64,000 bases of DNA from Eledone cirrhosa (lineage: Eukaryota). A program made the position numbers and the translations under genes. Numbering within the stretch: position 1 is the first letter of the stretch; every line of letters begins with the position of its first letter. The stretch is taken from positions 396,800,001-396,864,000 of the forward strand of contig OZ024741.1 in NCBI GenBank assembly GCA_964016885.1, written 5' to 3'. The notes beneath the pieces were generated by a model. It was given only the letters and a program-made list of their open reading frames with translations, was not told where the DNA came from and searched no databases. Of this stretch, positions 1 through 15,000 are shown one piece after another.

Positions 1-3000
1 TTTAATGTAAACATTATTGTGTAGTGTTTAATATAAACATTATTGTGTAGTGTCTAATATAAACATTATTGTGTAGTGTCTAATATAAACATTATTATGT
101 AGTGTCTAATATAAACATTATTGTGTAGTGTCTAATATAAACATTATTGTGTAATATTTAATATAAACATTATTGTGTAGTCTCTAATATAAACATTATT
201 ATGTAGTGTCTAATATACACATTATTATGTAGTGTCTAATATAAACATTATTGTGTAGTGTTTAATATAAACATTATTGTGTAGTCTCTGATATAAACAT
301 TATTATGTAGTGTCTAATATAAACATTATTGTGTAGTGTCTAATATAAACATTATTCTGTAGTGTCTAATATAAACATTATTATGTAGTCTCTAATATAA
401 ACATTATTGTGTAGTCTCTAATATAAACATTATAGTGTAGTGTCTAATATAAACATTATTATGTAGTTTCTAATATAAACATTATTGTGTAGTGTCTAAT
501 ATAAACATTATTGTGTAGTGTCTAATATAAACATTATTATGTAGTCTCTAATATAAACATTATTGTGTAGTGTCTGATATAAACATTATTGTGTAGTGTC
601 TAATATAAACATTATTATGTAGTGTCTAATATAAACATTATTGTGTAGTGTCTAATATAAACATTATTGTGTAGCGTCTAATATAAACATTATTGTGTAG
701 TGTCTAATATAAACATTATTGTGTAGTGTCTAATATAAACATTCTTGTGTAGCGTCTAATAAAAACATTATTGTGTAGTGTCTAATATAAACATTATTAT
801 GTTATGTCTAATATAAACATTATTGTGTAGTGTCTAATATAAACATTATTGTGTAGTGTCTAATATAAACATTATTATGTAGTGTCTAATATAAACATTA
901 TTTTGTAGTGTCTAATATAAACATTATTATGTAGTGTCTAATATAAACATTATTATGTAGTGTCTAATATAAACATTATTATGTAGTGTGTAATATAAAC
1001 ATTATTATGTAGTGTCTAATATAAACATTATTGTGTAGTGTCTAATATAAACATTATTGTGTAGTGTCTAATATAAACATTATTATGTAGTCTCTAATAT
1101 AAACATTATTGTGTAGTGTCTGATATAAACATTATTGTGTAGTGTCTAATATAAACATTATTATGTAGTGTCTAATATAAACATTATTGTGTAGTGTCTA
1201 ATATAAACATTATTGTGTAGCGTCTAATATAAACATTATTGTGTAGTGTCTAATATAAACATTATTGTGTAGTGTCTAATATAAACATTCTTGTGTAGCG
1301 TCTAATAAAAACATTATTGTGTAGTGTCTAATATAAACATTATTATGTTATGTCTAATATAAACATTATTGTGTAGTGTCTAATATAAACATTATTGTGT
1401 AGTGTCTAATATAAACATTATTATGTAGTGTCTAATATAAACATTATTTTGTAGTGTCTAATATAAACATTATTATGTAGTGTCTAATATAAACATTATT
1501 ATGTAGTGTCTAATATAAACATTATTATGTAGTGTGTAATATAAACATTATTATGTAGTGTCTAATATAAACATTATTGTGTAGTGTTTAATATAAACAT
1601 TATTGTGTAGTCTCTAACATAAACATTATTATGTAGTGTCTAATATAAACATTAGTGTGTAGTGTCTAATATAAACATTATTGTGTAATGTCTAATGTAA
1701 ACATTATTGTGTAGTGTCTAATATAAACATTATTGTGTAGTGTCTAATATAAACATTATTGTGTAGTGTCTAATATAAACATTATTGTGTAGTGTCTAAT
1801 ATAAACATTATTGTGTAGTGTCTAATATAAACATTATTGTGTAGCGTCTAATATAAACAAGACATTATTGACATTATATAAACATTATTACGTAGTGTCT
1901 AACATAAACATTATTATGTAGTGTCTAATATAAACATGATTGTGTCGTCTCCAATATAATCATTATTGTGTAGTGTTTAATATAAACATTATTGTGGAGT
2001 CTCTAATATAAACATTATTGTGTAGTGTCTAATGTAAACATTATTGTGTAGTGTCTAATATAAACATTATTCTGTAGTCTCTAATATAAACATTATTGTG
2101 TAGTGTCTAATATAAACAAGACATTATTGTCACTATATAAACATTATCATGTTGTGTCTAATATAAACATTATTGTGTAGGGTCTAATATAAACATTATT
2201 GTGTAGTATCTAATATAAACATTATTGTGTAGTCTCTAATATAAACATTATTGTGTAGTGTCTAATATGAACATTATTGTGTAGGGTATAATATAAATAT
2301 TATTGTGTAGTGTCTAATATAAACATTATTGTGTAGTGTCTAATATAAACATTATTCTGTAGTGTCTAATATAAACATTATTGTGTAGTCTCTATTATAA
2401 ACATTATTATGTAGTGTCTAATATAAACATTATTGTGTAGTCTCTAATATAAACATTATTGTGTAGTGTCTAATATAAATATTATTATGTAGTGTCTAAT
2501 ATAAACATTATTGTGTAGTGTTTAATATAAACATTATTGTGTAGTGTCTAATATAAACATTATTGTGTAGTGTTTAACATAAACATTATTGTGTAGTGTC
2601 TAATATAAACATTATTGTGTAGTCTCTAATATAAACATTATTATGTAGTTTCTAATATAAACATTATTATGTAGTGTATAATATAAACATTATTATGTAG
2701 TGTCTAATATGAACATTATTGTGTAGTGTTTAATATAAACATTATTGTGTAGTGTCTAATATGAACATTATTGTGTAGTGTCTAATATAAACATTATTAT
2801 GTAGTGTCTAATATAATCATTATTGTGTAGTGTTTACTATAAACATTATTGTGTAGTGTCTAATATAAACATTATTATGTAGTGTCTAATATAAACATTA
2901 TTGTGTAGTGTCTAATATAAACATTATTGTGTAGTGTCTAATATAAACATTATTGTGTAGTGTCTAATATAAACATTATTGTGTATTCTCTAATATAAAC

Positions 3001-6000
3001 ATTATTGTGTAGTTTCTAATATAAACATTATTGTGTAGTGACTAATATAAACATTACTGTGTAGTGTCTAATATAAACATTATTATGTAGTGTCTAATAT
3101 AAACATTATTGTGTAGTGTCTAATATAAAACATTATTGTGTAGTATCTAATATAAACATTATTGTGTAAACTCTAATATAAACATTATTATGTAGTCTCT
3201 AATATAAACATTATTGTGTAGTCTCTAATATAAACATTATTATGTAGTGTCTAATATAAACATTATTGTGTAGCGTCTAATATAAACATTATTGTGTAGT
3301 GTCTAATATAAACATTATTGTGTAGTCTCTAATATAAACATTATTGTGTAGTGTCTAATATAAACATTATTGTGTAGTGTCTAATATAAACATTATTGTG
3401 TAGTGTCTAATATAAACATTATTGTGTAGCGTCTAATATAAACAAGACATTATTGACATTATATAAACATTATTACGTAGTGTCTAACATAAACATTATT
3501 ATGTAGTGTCTAATATAAACATGATTGTGTCGTCTCTAATATAATCATTATTGTGTAGTGTTTAATATAAACATTATTGTGGAGTCTCTAATATAAACAT
3601 TATTGTGTAGTGTCTAATGTAAACATTATTGTGTAGTGTCTAATATAAACATTATTCTGTAGTCTCTAATATAAACATTATTGTGTAGTGTCTAATATAA
3701 ACAAGACATTATTGTCACTATATAAACATTATCATGTTGTGTCTAATATAAACATTATTGTGTAGGGTCTAATATAAACATTATTGTGTAGTATCTAATA
3801 TAAACATTATTGTGTAGTCTCTAATATAAACATTATTGTGTAGTGTCTAATATGAACATTATTGTGTAGGGTATAATATAAATATTATTGTGTAGTGTCT
3901 AATATAAACATTATTGTGTATTCTCTAATATAAACATTATTGTGTAGTTTCTAATATAAACATTATTGTGTAGTGACTAATATAAACATTATTGTGTAGT
4001 GTCTAATATAAACATTATTATGTAGTGTCTAATATAAACATTATTGTGTAGTGTCTAATATAAAACATTATTGTGTAGTATCTAATATAAACATTATTGT
4101 GTAAACTCTAATATAAACATTATTATGTAGTGTCTAATATAAACATTATTGTGTAGTGTCTAATATAAACATTATTGTGTAGTGTCTAATATAAACATTA
4201 TTGTGTAGTGTTTAATGTAAACATTATTGTGTAGTGTTTAATATAAACATTATTGTGTAGTGTCTAATATAAACATTATTGTGTAGTGTCTAATATAAAC
4301 ATTATTATGTAGTGTCTAATATAAACATTATTGTGTAGTGTCTAATATAAACATTATTGTGTAATGTTTAATATAAACATTATTGTGTAGTCTCTAATAT
4401 AAACATTATTATGTAGTGTCTAATATACACATTATTATGTAGTGTCTAATATAAACATTATTGTGTAGTGTTTAATATAAACATTATTGTGTAGTCTCTG
4501 ATATAAACATTATTATGTAGTGTCTAATATAAACATTATTGTGTAGTGTCTAATATAAACATTATTCTGTAGTGTCTAATATAAACATTATTATGTAGTC
4601 TCTAATATAAACATTATTGTGTAGTCTCTAATATAAACATTATAGTGTAGTGTCTAATATAAACATTATTATGTAGTTTCTAATATAAACATTATAGTGT
4701 AGTGTCTAATATAAACATTATTGTGTAGTGTCTAATATAAACATTATTATGTAGTCTCTAATATAAACATTATTGTGTAGTCTCTAATATAAACATTATT
4801 ATGTAGTGTCTAATATAAACATTATTGTGTAGCGTCTAATATAAACAGTATTGTGTAGTGACTAATATAAACATTATTATGTAGTGTCTAATATAAACAT
4901 TATTGTGTAGTGTCTGATATAAACATTATTGTGTAGTGTCTAATATAAACATTATTATGTAGTGTCTAATATAAACATTATTGTGTAGTGTCTAATATAA
5001 ACATTATTGTGTAGCGTCTAATATAAACATTATTGTGTAGTGTCTAATATAAACATTATTGTGTAGTGTCTAATATAAACATTCTTGTGTAGCGTCTAAT
5101 AAAAACATTATTGTGTAGTGTCTAATATAAACATTATTATGTTATGTCTAATATAAACATTATTGTGTAGTGTCTAATATAAACATTATTGTGTAGTGTC
5201 TAATATAAACATTATTATGTAGTGTCTAATATAAACATTATTTTGTAGTGTCTAATATAAACATTATTATGTAGTGTCTAATATAAACATTATTATGTAG
5301 TGTCTAATATAAACATTATTATGTAGTGTGTAATATAAACATTATTATGTAGTGTCTAATATAAACATTATTGTGTAGTGTTTAATATAAACATTATTGT
5401 GTAGTCTCTAACATAAACATTATTATGTAGTGTCTAATATAAACATTAGTGTGTAGTGTCTAATATAAACATTATTGTGTAATGTCTAATGTAAACATTA
5501 TTGTGTAGTGTCTAATATAAACATTATTGTGTAGTGTCTAATATAAACATTATTGTGTAGTGTCTAATATAAACATTATTGTGTAGTGTCTAATATAAAC
5601 ATTATTGTGTAGTGTCTAATATAAACATTATTGTGTAGCGTCTAATATAAACAAGACATTATTGACATTATATAAACATTATTACGTAGTGTCTAACATA
5701 AACATTATTATGTAGTGTCTAATATAAACATGATTGTGTCGTCTCCAATATAATCATTATTGTGTAGTGTTTAATATAAACATTATTGTGGAGTCTCTAA
5801 TATAAACATTATTGTGTAGTGTCTAATGTAAACATTATTGTGTAGTGTCTAATATAAACATTATTCTGTAGTCTCTAATATAAACATTATTGTGTAGTGT
5901 CTAATATAAACAAGACATTATTGTCACTATATAAACATTATCATGTTGTGTCTAATATAAACATTATTGTGTAGGGTCTAATATAAACATTATTGTGTAG

Positions 6001-9000
6001 TATCTAATATAAACATTATTGTGTAGTCTCTAATATAAACATTATTGTGTAGTGTCTAATATGAACATTATTGTGTAGGGTATAATATAAATATTATTGT
6101 GTAGTGTCTAATATAAACATTATTGTGTAGTGTCTAATATAAACATTATTCTGTAGTGTCTAATATAAACATTATTGTGTAGTGTCTAATATAAACATTA
6201 TTGTGTAGTCTCTATTATAAACATTATTATGTAGTGTTTAATATAAACATTATTGTGTAGTGTTTAATATAAACATTATTGTGTAATGTCTAATATAAAC
6301 ATTATTGTGTAGTCTCTAATATAAACATTATTGTGTAGTGTCTAATATAAATATTATTATGTAGTGTCTAATATAAACATTATTGTGTAGTGTTTAATAT
6401 AAACATTATTGTGTAGTGTCTAATATAAACATTATTGTGTAGTGTTTAACATAAACATTATTGTGTAGTGTCTAATATAAACATTATTGTGTAGTCTCTA
6501 ATATAAACATTATTATGTAGTTTCTAATATAAACATTATTATGTAGTGTATAATATAAACATTATTATGTAGTGTCTAATATAAACATTATTGTGTAGTG
6601 TTTAATATAAACATTATTGTGTAGTGTCTAATATGAACATTATTGTGTAGTGTCTAATATAAACATTATTATGTAGTGTCTAATATAATCATTATTGTGT
6701 AGTGTCTAATATAAACATTATTGTGTATTCTCTAATATAAACATTATTGTGTAGTTTCTAATATAAACATTATTGTGTAGTGACTAATATAAACATTACT
6801 GTGTAGTGTCTAATATAAACATTATTATGTAGTGTCTAATATAAACATTATTGTGTAGTGTCTAATATAAAACATTATTGTGTAGTATCTAATATAAACA
6901 TTATTGTGTAAACTCTAATATAAACATTATTATGTAGTCTCTAATATAAACATTATTGTGTAGTCTCTAATATAAACATTATTATGTAGTGTCTAATATA
7001 AACATTATTGTGTAGCGTCTAATATAAACATTATTGTGTAGTGTCTAATATAAACATTATTATGTAGTGTCTAATATAAACATTATTGTGTAGTGTCTGA
7101 TATAAACATTATTGTGTAGTGTCTAATATAAACATTATTATGTAGTGTCTAATATAAACATTATTGTGTAGCGTCTAATATAAACATTATTGTGTAGTGT
7201 CTAATATAAACATTATTGTGTAGTGTCTAATATAAACATTATTGTGTAGCGTCTAATAAAAACATTATTGTGTAGTGTCTAATATAAACATTATTATGTT
7301 ATGTCTAATATAAACATTATTGTGTAGTGTTTAATATAAACATTATTGTGTAGTGTCTAATATAAACATTATTATGTAGTGTCTAATATAAACATTATTA
7401 TGTTGTGTCTAATATAAACATTATTATGTAGTGTCTAATATAAACATTATTGTGTAGTGTCTAATATAAACATTATTGTGTAGTGTCTAATATAAACATT
7501 ATTGTGTAGTGTCTAATATAAACACTATTGTGTAATCTCTAATATATACATTATTGTGAAGTTTCTAATATAAACATTATTGTATAGTGTCTAATATAAA
7601 CATTATTGTGTAGTGTCTAATATAAACATTATTGTGTAGTGTCTATTATAAACATTGTTGTGTAATCACTAATATAAACATTATTATGTAGTGTCTAATA
7701 TAAACATTATTATGTAGTGTCTAATATAAACATTATTGTGTAGTGTTTAATATAAACATTATTGTGTAGTGTCTAATATAAACATTATTGTGTAGTGTCT
7801 AATATAAACATTATTGTGTAGTGTCTAATACAAACATTATTATGTAGTGCTAATATAAACATTATTTTGTAGTGTCTAATATAAACATTATTCTGTAGTG
7901 TCTAATATAAACATTATTGTGTAGTGTCTAATATAAACATTATTGTGTAGTCTCTATTATAAACATTATTATGTAGTGTTTAATATAAACATTATTTTGT
8001 AGTGTTTAATATAAACATTATTGTGTAGTGTCTAATATAAACATTATTGTGTAGTCTCTAATATAAACATTATTGTGTAGTGTCTAATATAAACATTATT
8101 ATGTAGTGTCTAATATAAACATTATTGTGTAGTGTTTAATATAAACATTATTGTGTAGTGTCTAATATAAACACTATTGTGTAGTGTCTAATATAAACAT
8201 TATTCTGTAGTGTCTAATATAAACATTATTGTGTAGCGTCTAATATAAACATTATTGTGTAGTGTCTAATATAAACATTATTATGAAATGTCTAATATAA
8301 ACATTATTGTGTAGTGTCTAATATAAACATTATTGTAGTGTCTAATATAAACATTATTGTGTAGCGTCTGATATAAATATTATTGTGTATTGTCTAATAT
8401 AAACATTATTGTGTAGTGTCTAATATAAACATTATTGTGTAGCGTCTAATATAAACATTATTGTGTAGTGTCTAATATAAACATTATTATGTTATGTCTA
8501 ATATAAACATTATTGTGTAGTGTCTAATATAAACATTATTGTGTAGTGTCTAATATAAACATTATTATGTAGTGTCTAATATAAACATTATTTTGTAGTG
8601 TCTAATATAAACATTATTATGTAGTGTCTAATATAAACATTATTATGTAGTGTCTAATATAAACATTATTATGTAGTGTGTAATATAAACATTATTATGT
8701 AGTGTCTAATATAAACATTATTGTGTAGTGTTTAATATAAACATTATTGTGTAGTCTCTAACATAAACATTATTATGTAGTGTCTAATATAAACATTGTT
8801 GTGTAGTGTCTAATATAAACATTATTGTGTAATGTCTAATGTAAACATTATTGTGTAGTGTCTAATATAAACATTATTGTGTAGTGTCTAATATAAATAT
8901 TATTGTGTAGTGTCTAATATAAACATTATTGTGTAGTGTCTAATATAAACATTATTGTGTAGTGTCTAATATAAACATTATTGTGTAGCGTCTAATATAA

Positions 9001-12000
9001 ACAAGACATTATTGACATTATATAAACATTATTACGTAGTGTCTAACATAAACATTATTATGTAGTGTCTAATATAAACATTATTGTGTAGTGTCTAATA
9101 TAAATATTATTGTGTAATGTCTAATGTAAACATTATTGTGTAGTGTCTAATATAAACATTATTGTGTAGTGTCTAATATAAACATTATTGTGTAATGTCT
9201 AATGTAAACATTATTGGTTAGTGTCTAATATAAATATTATTGTGTAGTGTCTAATATAAATATTATTGTGTAGTCTCTAATATGAACATTATTATGTAGT
9301 GTCTAATATAAACATTATTGTGTAGTGTCTAATATAAACATTATTGTGGAGTCTCTAATATAAACATTATTGTGTAGTGTCTAATGTAAACATTATTGTG
9401 TAGTTTCTAATATTAACATTATTGTGTAGTGTCTAATATAATTATTATTGTGTAGTGTCTAATATAAACATTATGTAGTATCTAATATAAACATTATTGT
9501 GTAGAGTCTAATATAAACATTATTGTGTAGTATCTAATATAAACATTATTGTGTAGTCTCTAATATAAACATTATTGTGTAGTGTCTAATATGAACATTA
9601 TTGTGTAGGGTATAATATAAATATTATTGTGTAGTGTCTAATATAAACATTATTGTGTAGTGTCTAATATAATCATTATTGTGTAGTGTCTAATATAAAT
9701 ATTATTGTGTAGTGTCTAATATAAACATTATTGTGTAGTGTCTAATATAAATATTATTGTGTAGTGTCTAATATAAACATTATCGTGTAGTGTCTAATAT
9801 AAACTTTATTGTGTAGTGTTTAATATAAACATTATTGTGTAGTGTCTAATATAAACATTATTCTGTAGTCTCTAATATAAACATTATTGTGTATTGTCTA
9901 ATATAAACAAGACATTATTGTCACTATATAAACATTATCATGTTGTGTCTAATATAAACATTATTGTGTAGTGTCTAATATAAACATTATTGTGTAGTGT
10001 CTAATATAAACATTATTGTGTAGTGTCTAATATAAACATTATTATGTAGTTTCTAATATAAACATTATTGTGTAGTGTCTAATATAAACATTATTCTGTA
10101 GTGTCTAATATAAACATTATTGTGTAGTGTCTAATATAAACATTATTGTGTAGTGTCTAATATAAACATTATTATGTAGTTTCTAATATAAACATTATTG
10201 TGTAGTGTCTAATATAAACATTATTCTGTAGTGTCTAATATAAACATTATTGTGTAGTGTCTAATATAAACATTATTCTGTAGTCTCTATTATAAACATT
10301 ATTATGTAGTGTTTAATATAAACATTATTGTGTAGTGTTTAATATAAACATTATTGTGTAGTGTCTAATATAAACATTATTGTGTAGTGTCTAATATAAA
10401 CATTATTGTGTAGTGTCTAATATAAACATTATTATGTAGTGTCTAATATAAACATTATTGTGTAGTGTTAAATATAAACATTATTGTGTAGTGTCTAATA
10501 TAAACATTATTGTGTAGTGTCTAATATAAACATTATTATGTAGTGTCTAATATAAACATTACTGTGTAGTGTTTAACATAAACATTATTGTGTAGTGTCT
10601 AATATAAACATTATTGTGTAGTCTCTAATATAAACATTATTATGTAGTTTCTAATATAAACATTATTATGTAGTGTATAATATAAACATTATTATGTAGT
10701 GTCTAATATAAACATTATTGTGTAGTGTTTAATATAAACATTATCGTGTAGTGTCTAATATAAACATTATTGTGTAGTGTCTAATATAAACATTATTATG
10801 TAGTGTCTAATATAATCATTATTGTGTAGTGTTTAATATAAACATTATTGTGTAGTGTCTAATATAAACATTATTATGTAGTGTCTAATATAAACATTAT
10901 TGTGTAGTGTCTAATATAAACATTATTGTGTAGTGTCTAATATAAACATTATTGTGTAGTGTCTAATATAAACATTATTGTGTATTCTCTAATATAAACA
11001 TTATTGTGTAGTTTCTAATATAAACATTATTGTGTAGTGACTAATATAAACATTATTGTGTAGTGTCTAATATAAACATTATTATGTAGTGTCTAATATA
11101 AACATTATTGTGTAGTGTCTAATATAAAACATTATTGTGTAGTATCTAATATAAATATTATTGTGTAATCTCTAATATAAACATTATTATGTAGTGTCTA
11201 ATATAAACATTATTGTGTAGTGTCTAATATAAACATTATTGTGTAGTGTCTAATATAAACATTATTGTGTAGTGTTTAATGTAAACATTATTGTGTAGTG
11301 TTTAATATAAACATTATTGTGTAGTGTCTAATATAAACATTATTGTGTAGTGTCTAATATAAACATTATTATGTAGTGTCTAATATAAACATTATTGTGT
11401 AGTGTCTAATATAAACATTATTGTGTAGTGTTTAATATAAACATTATTGTATAGTCTCTAATATAAACATTATTATGTAGTGTCTAATATAAACATTATT
11501 ATGTAGTGTCTAATATAAACATTATTGTGTAGTGTCTAATATAAACATTATTCTGTAGTGTCTAATATAAACATTATTATGTAGTCTCTAATATAAACAT
11601 TATTTTGTAGTCTCTAATATAAACATTATAGTGCAGTGTCTAATATAAACATTATTATGTAGTTTCTAATATAAACATTATTGTGTAGTGTCTAATATAA
11701 ACATTATTGTGTAGTGTCTAATATAAACATTATTATGTAGTCTCTAATATAAACATTATTGTGTAGTCTCTAATATAAACATTATTATGTAGTGTCTAAT
11801 ATAAACATTATTGTGTAGCGTCTAATATAAACATTATTGTGTAGTGTCTAATATAAACATTATTATGTAGTGTCTAATATAAACATTATTGTGTAGTGTC
11901 TGATATAAACATTATTGTGTAGTGTCTAATATAAACATTATTATGTAGTGTCTAATATAAACATTATCGTGTAGTGTCTAATATAAACATTATTGTGTAG

Positions 12001-15000
12001 CGTCTAATATAAACATTATTGTGTAGTGTCTAATATAAACATTATTGTGTAGTGTCTAATATAAACATTATTGTGTAGCGTCTAATATAAACATTATTGT
12101 GTAGTGTCTAATATAAACATTATTATGTTATGTCTAATATAAACATTATTGTGTAGTGTTTAATATAAACATTATTGTGTAGTGTCTAATGTAAACATTA
12201 TTATGTAGTGTCTAATATAAACATTATTATGTAGTGTCTAATATAAACATTATTATGTAGTGTCTAATATAAACATTATTGTGTAGTGTCTAATATAAAC
12301 ATTATTGTGTAGTGTCTAATATAAACATTATTGTGTAGTGTCTAATATAAACATTATTGTGTAATCTCTAATATATACATTATTGTGAAGTTTCTAATAT
12401 AAACATTATTGTATAGTGTCTAATATAAACATTATTGTGTAGTGTCTAATATAAACATTATTATGTAGTGTCTAATATAAACATTATTGTGTAGTGTCTA
12501 ATATAATCATTATTGTGTAGTGTCTATTATAAACATTATTGTGTAATCTCTAATATAAACATTATTATGTAGTGTCTAATATAAACATTATTATGTAGTG
12601 TCTAATATAAACATTATTGTGTAGTGTTTAATATAAACATTATCGTGTAGTGTCTAATATAAACATTATTGTGTAGTGTCTAATATAAACATTATTGTGT
12701 AGTGTCTAATATAAACATTATTATGTAGTGCTAATATAAACATTATTTTGTAGTGTCTAATATAAACATTATAATGTAGTGTCTAATATAAACATTATTA
12801 TGTAGTGTCTAATATAAACGTTATTATGTAGTGTCTAATATAAACATTATTATGTAGTGTCTAATATAAACATTATTGTGTAGTGTTTAATATAAACATT
12901 ATTGTGTAGTCTCTAATATAAACATTATTATGTAGTGTCTAATATAAACATTATTGTGTAGTGTCTAATATGAACATTATTGTGTAATGTCTAATGTAAA
13001 CATTATTGTGTAGTGTCTAATATAAACATTATTGTGTAGTGTCTAATATAAACGTTATTGTGTAGTGTCTAATATAAACATTATTGTGTAGTGTCTAACA
13101 TAAACATTATTATGCAGTCTCTAATATGAACATTATTGTGTAGTTTCTAATATAAACATTATGTAGTGTCTAATATAAACATTATTATGTAGTGTCTAAT
13201 ATGAACATCATTGTGTAGCGTCTAATATAAACATTATTGTGTAGTGTCTAATATAAACATTATTATGTAGTGTCAAATATAAACATTATTGTGTAGTGTC
13301 TGATATAAACATTATTGTGTAGTGTCTAATATAAACATTATTATGTAGTGTCTAATATAAACATTATTGTGTAGTGTCTAATATAAACATTATTATGTCA
13401 TGTCTAATATAAACATTATTGTGTAGTGTTTAATATAAACATTATTGTGTAGTGTCTAATATAAACATTATTATGTAGTGTCTAATATAAACATTATTAT
13501 GTAGTGTCTAATATAAACATTATTATGTAGTGTCTAATATAAACATTATTGTGTAGTGTGTAATATAAACATTATTGTGTAGTGTCTAATATAAACATTA
13601 TTGTGTAGTGTCTAATATAAACATTATTGTGTAATCTCTAATATATACATTATTGTGAAGTTTCTAATATAAACATTATTGTATAGTGTCTAATATAAAC
13701 ATTATTGTGTAGTGTCTAATATAAACATTATTATGTAGTGTCTAATATAAACATTATTGTGTAGTGTCTAATATAAACATTATTGTGTAGTGTCTATTAT
13801 AAACATTATTGTGTAATCTCTAATATAAACATTATTATGTAGTGTCTAATATAAACATTATTATGTAGTGTCTAATATAAACATTATTATGTAGTGTCTA
13901 ATATAAACATTATTGTGTAGTGTTTAATATAAACATTATTGTGTAGTCTCTAATATAAACATTATTATGTAGTGTCTAATATAAACATTATTGTGTAGTG
14001 TCTAATATGAATATTATTGTGTAATGTCTAATGTAAACATTATTGTGTAGTGTCTAATATAAACATTATTGTGTAGTGTCTAATATAAACATTATTGTGT
14101 AGTGTCTAATATAAACATTATTGTGTAGTGTCTAACATAAACATTATTATGCAGTCTCTAATATAAACATTATTGTGTAGTTTCTAATATAAACATTATG
14201 TAGTGTCTAATATAAACATTATTATGTAGTGTCTAATATGAACATTATTGTGTAGCGTCTAATATAAACATTATTGTGTAGTGTCTAATATAAACATTAT
14301 TATGTAGTGTCAAATATAAACATTATTGTGTAGTGTCTGATATAAACATTATTGTGTAGTGTCTAATATAAACATTATTATGTAGTGTCTAATATAAACA
14401 TTATTGTGTAGTGTCTAATATAAACATTATTGTATAGCGTCTAATATAAACATTATTGTGTAGTGTCTAATATAAAATTTATTGTGTAGTGTCTAATATA
14501 AACATTATTGTGTAGCGTCTAATATAAACATTATTGTGTAGTGTCTAATATAAACATTATTATGTTATGTCTAATATAAACATTATTGTGTAGTGCCTAA
14601 TATAAACATTATTGTGTAGTGTCTAATATAAACATTATTATGTAGTGTCTAATATAAACATTATTTTTTAGTGTCTAATATAAACATTATTATGTAGTGT
14701 CTAATATAAACATTGTTATGTAGTGTCTAATATAAACATTATTGTGTAGTGTCTGATATAAACATTATTGTGTAGCGTCTAATATAAACATTATTATGTA
14801 GTGTCTAATATAAACATTATTGTGTAGTGTCTAATATAAACATTATTGTGTAGCGTCTAATATAACCATTATTGTGTAGTGTCTAACATAAACATTATTG
14901 TGTAGTGTCTAATATAAACATTATTATGTAGTGTCTAATATAAACATTATCATGTAATGTCTAATATAAACATTATTGTGTAGTGTTTAATATAAACATT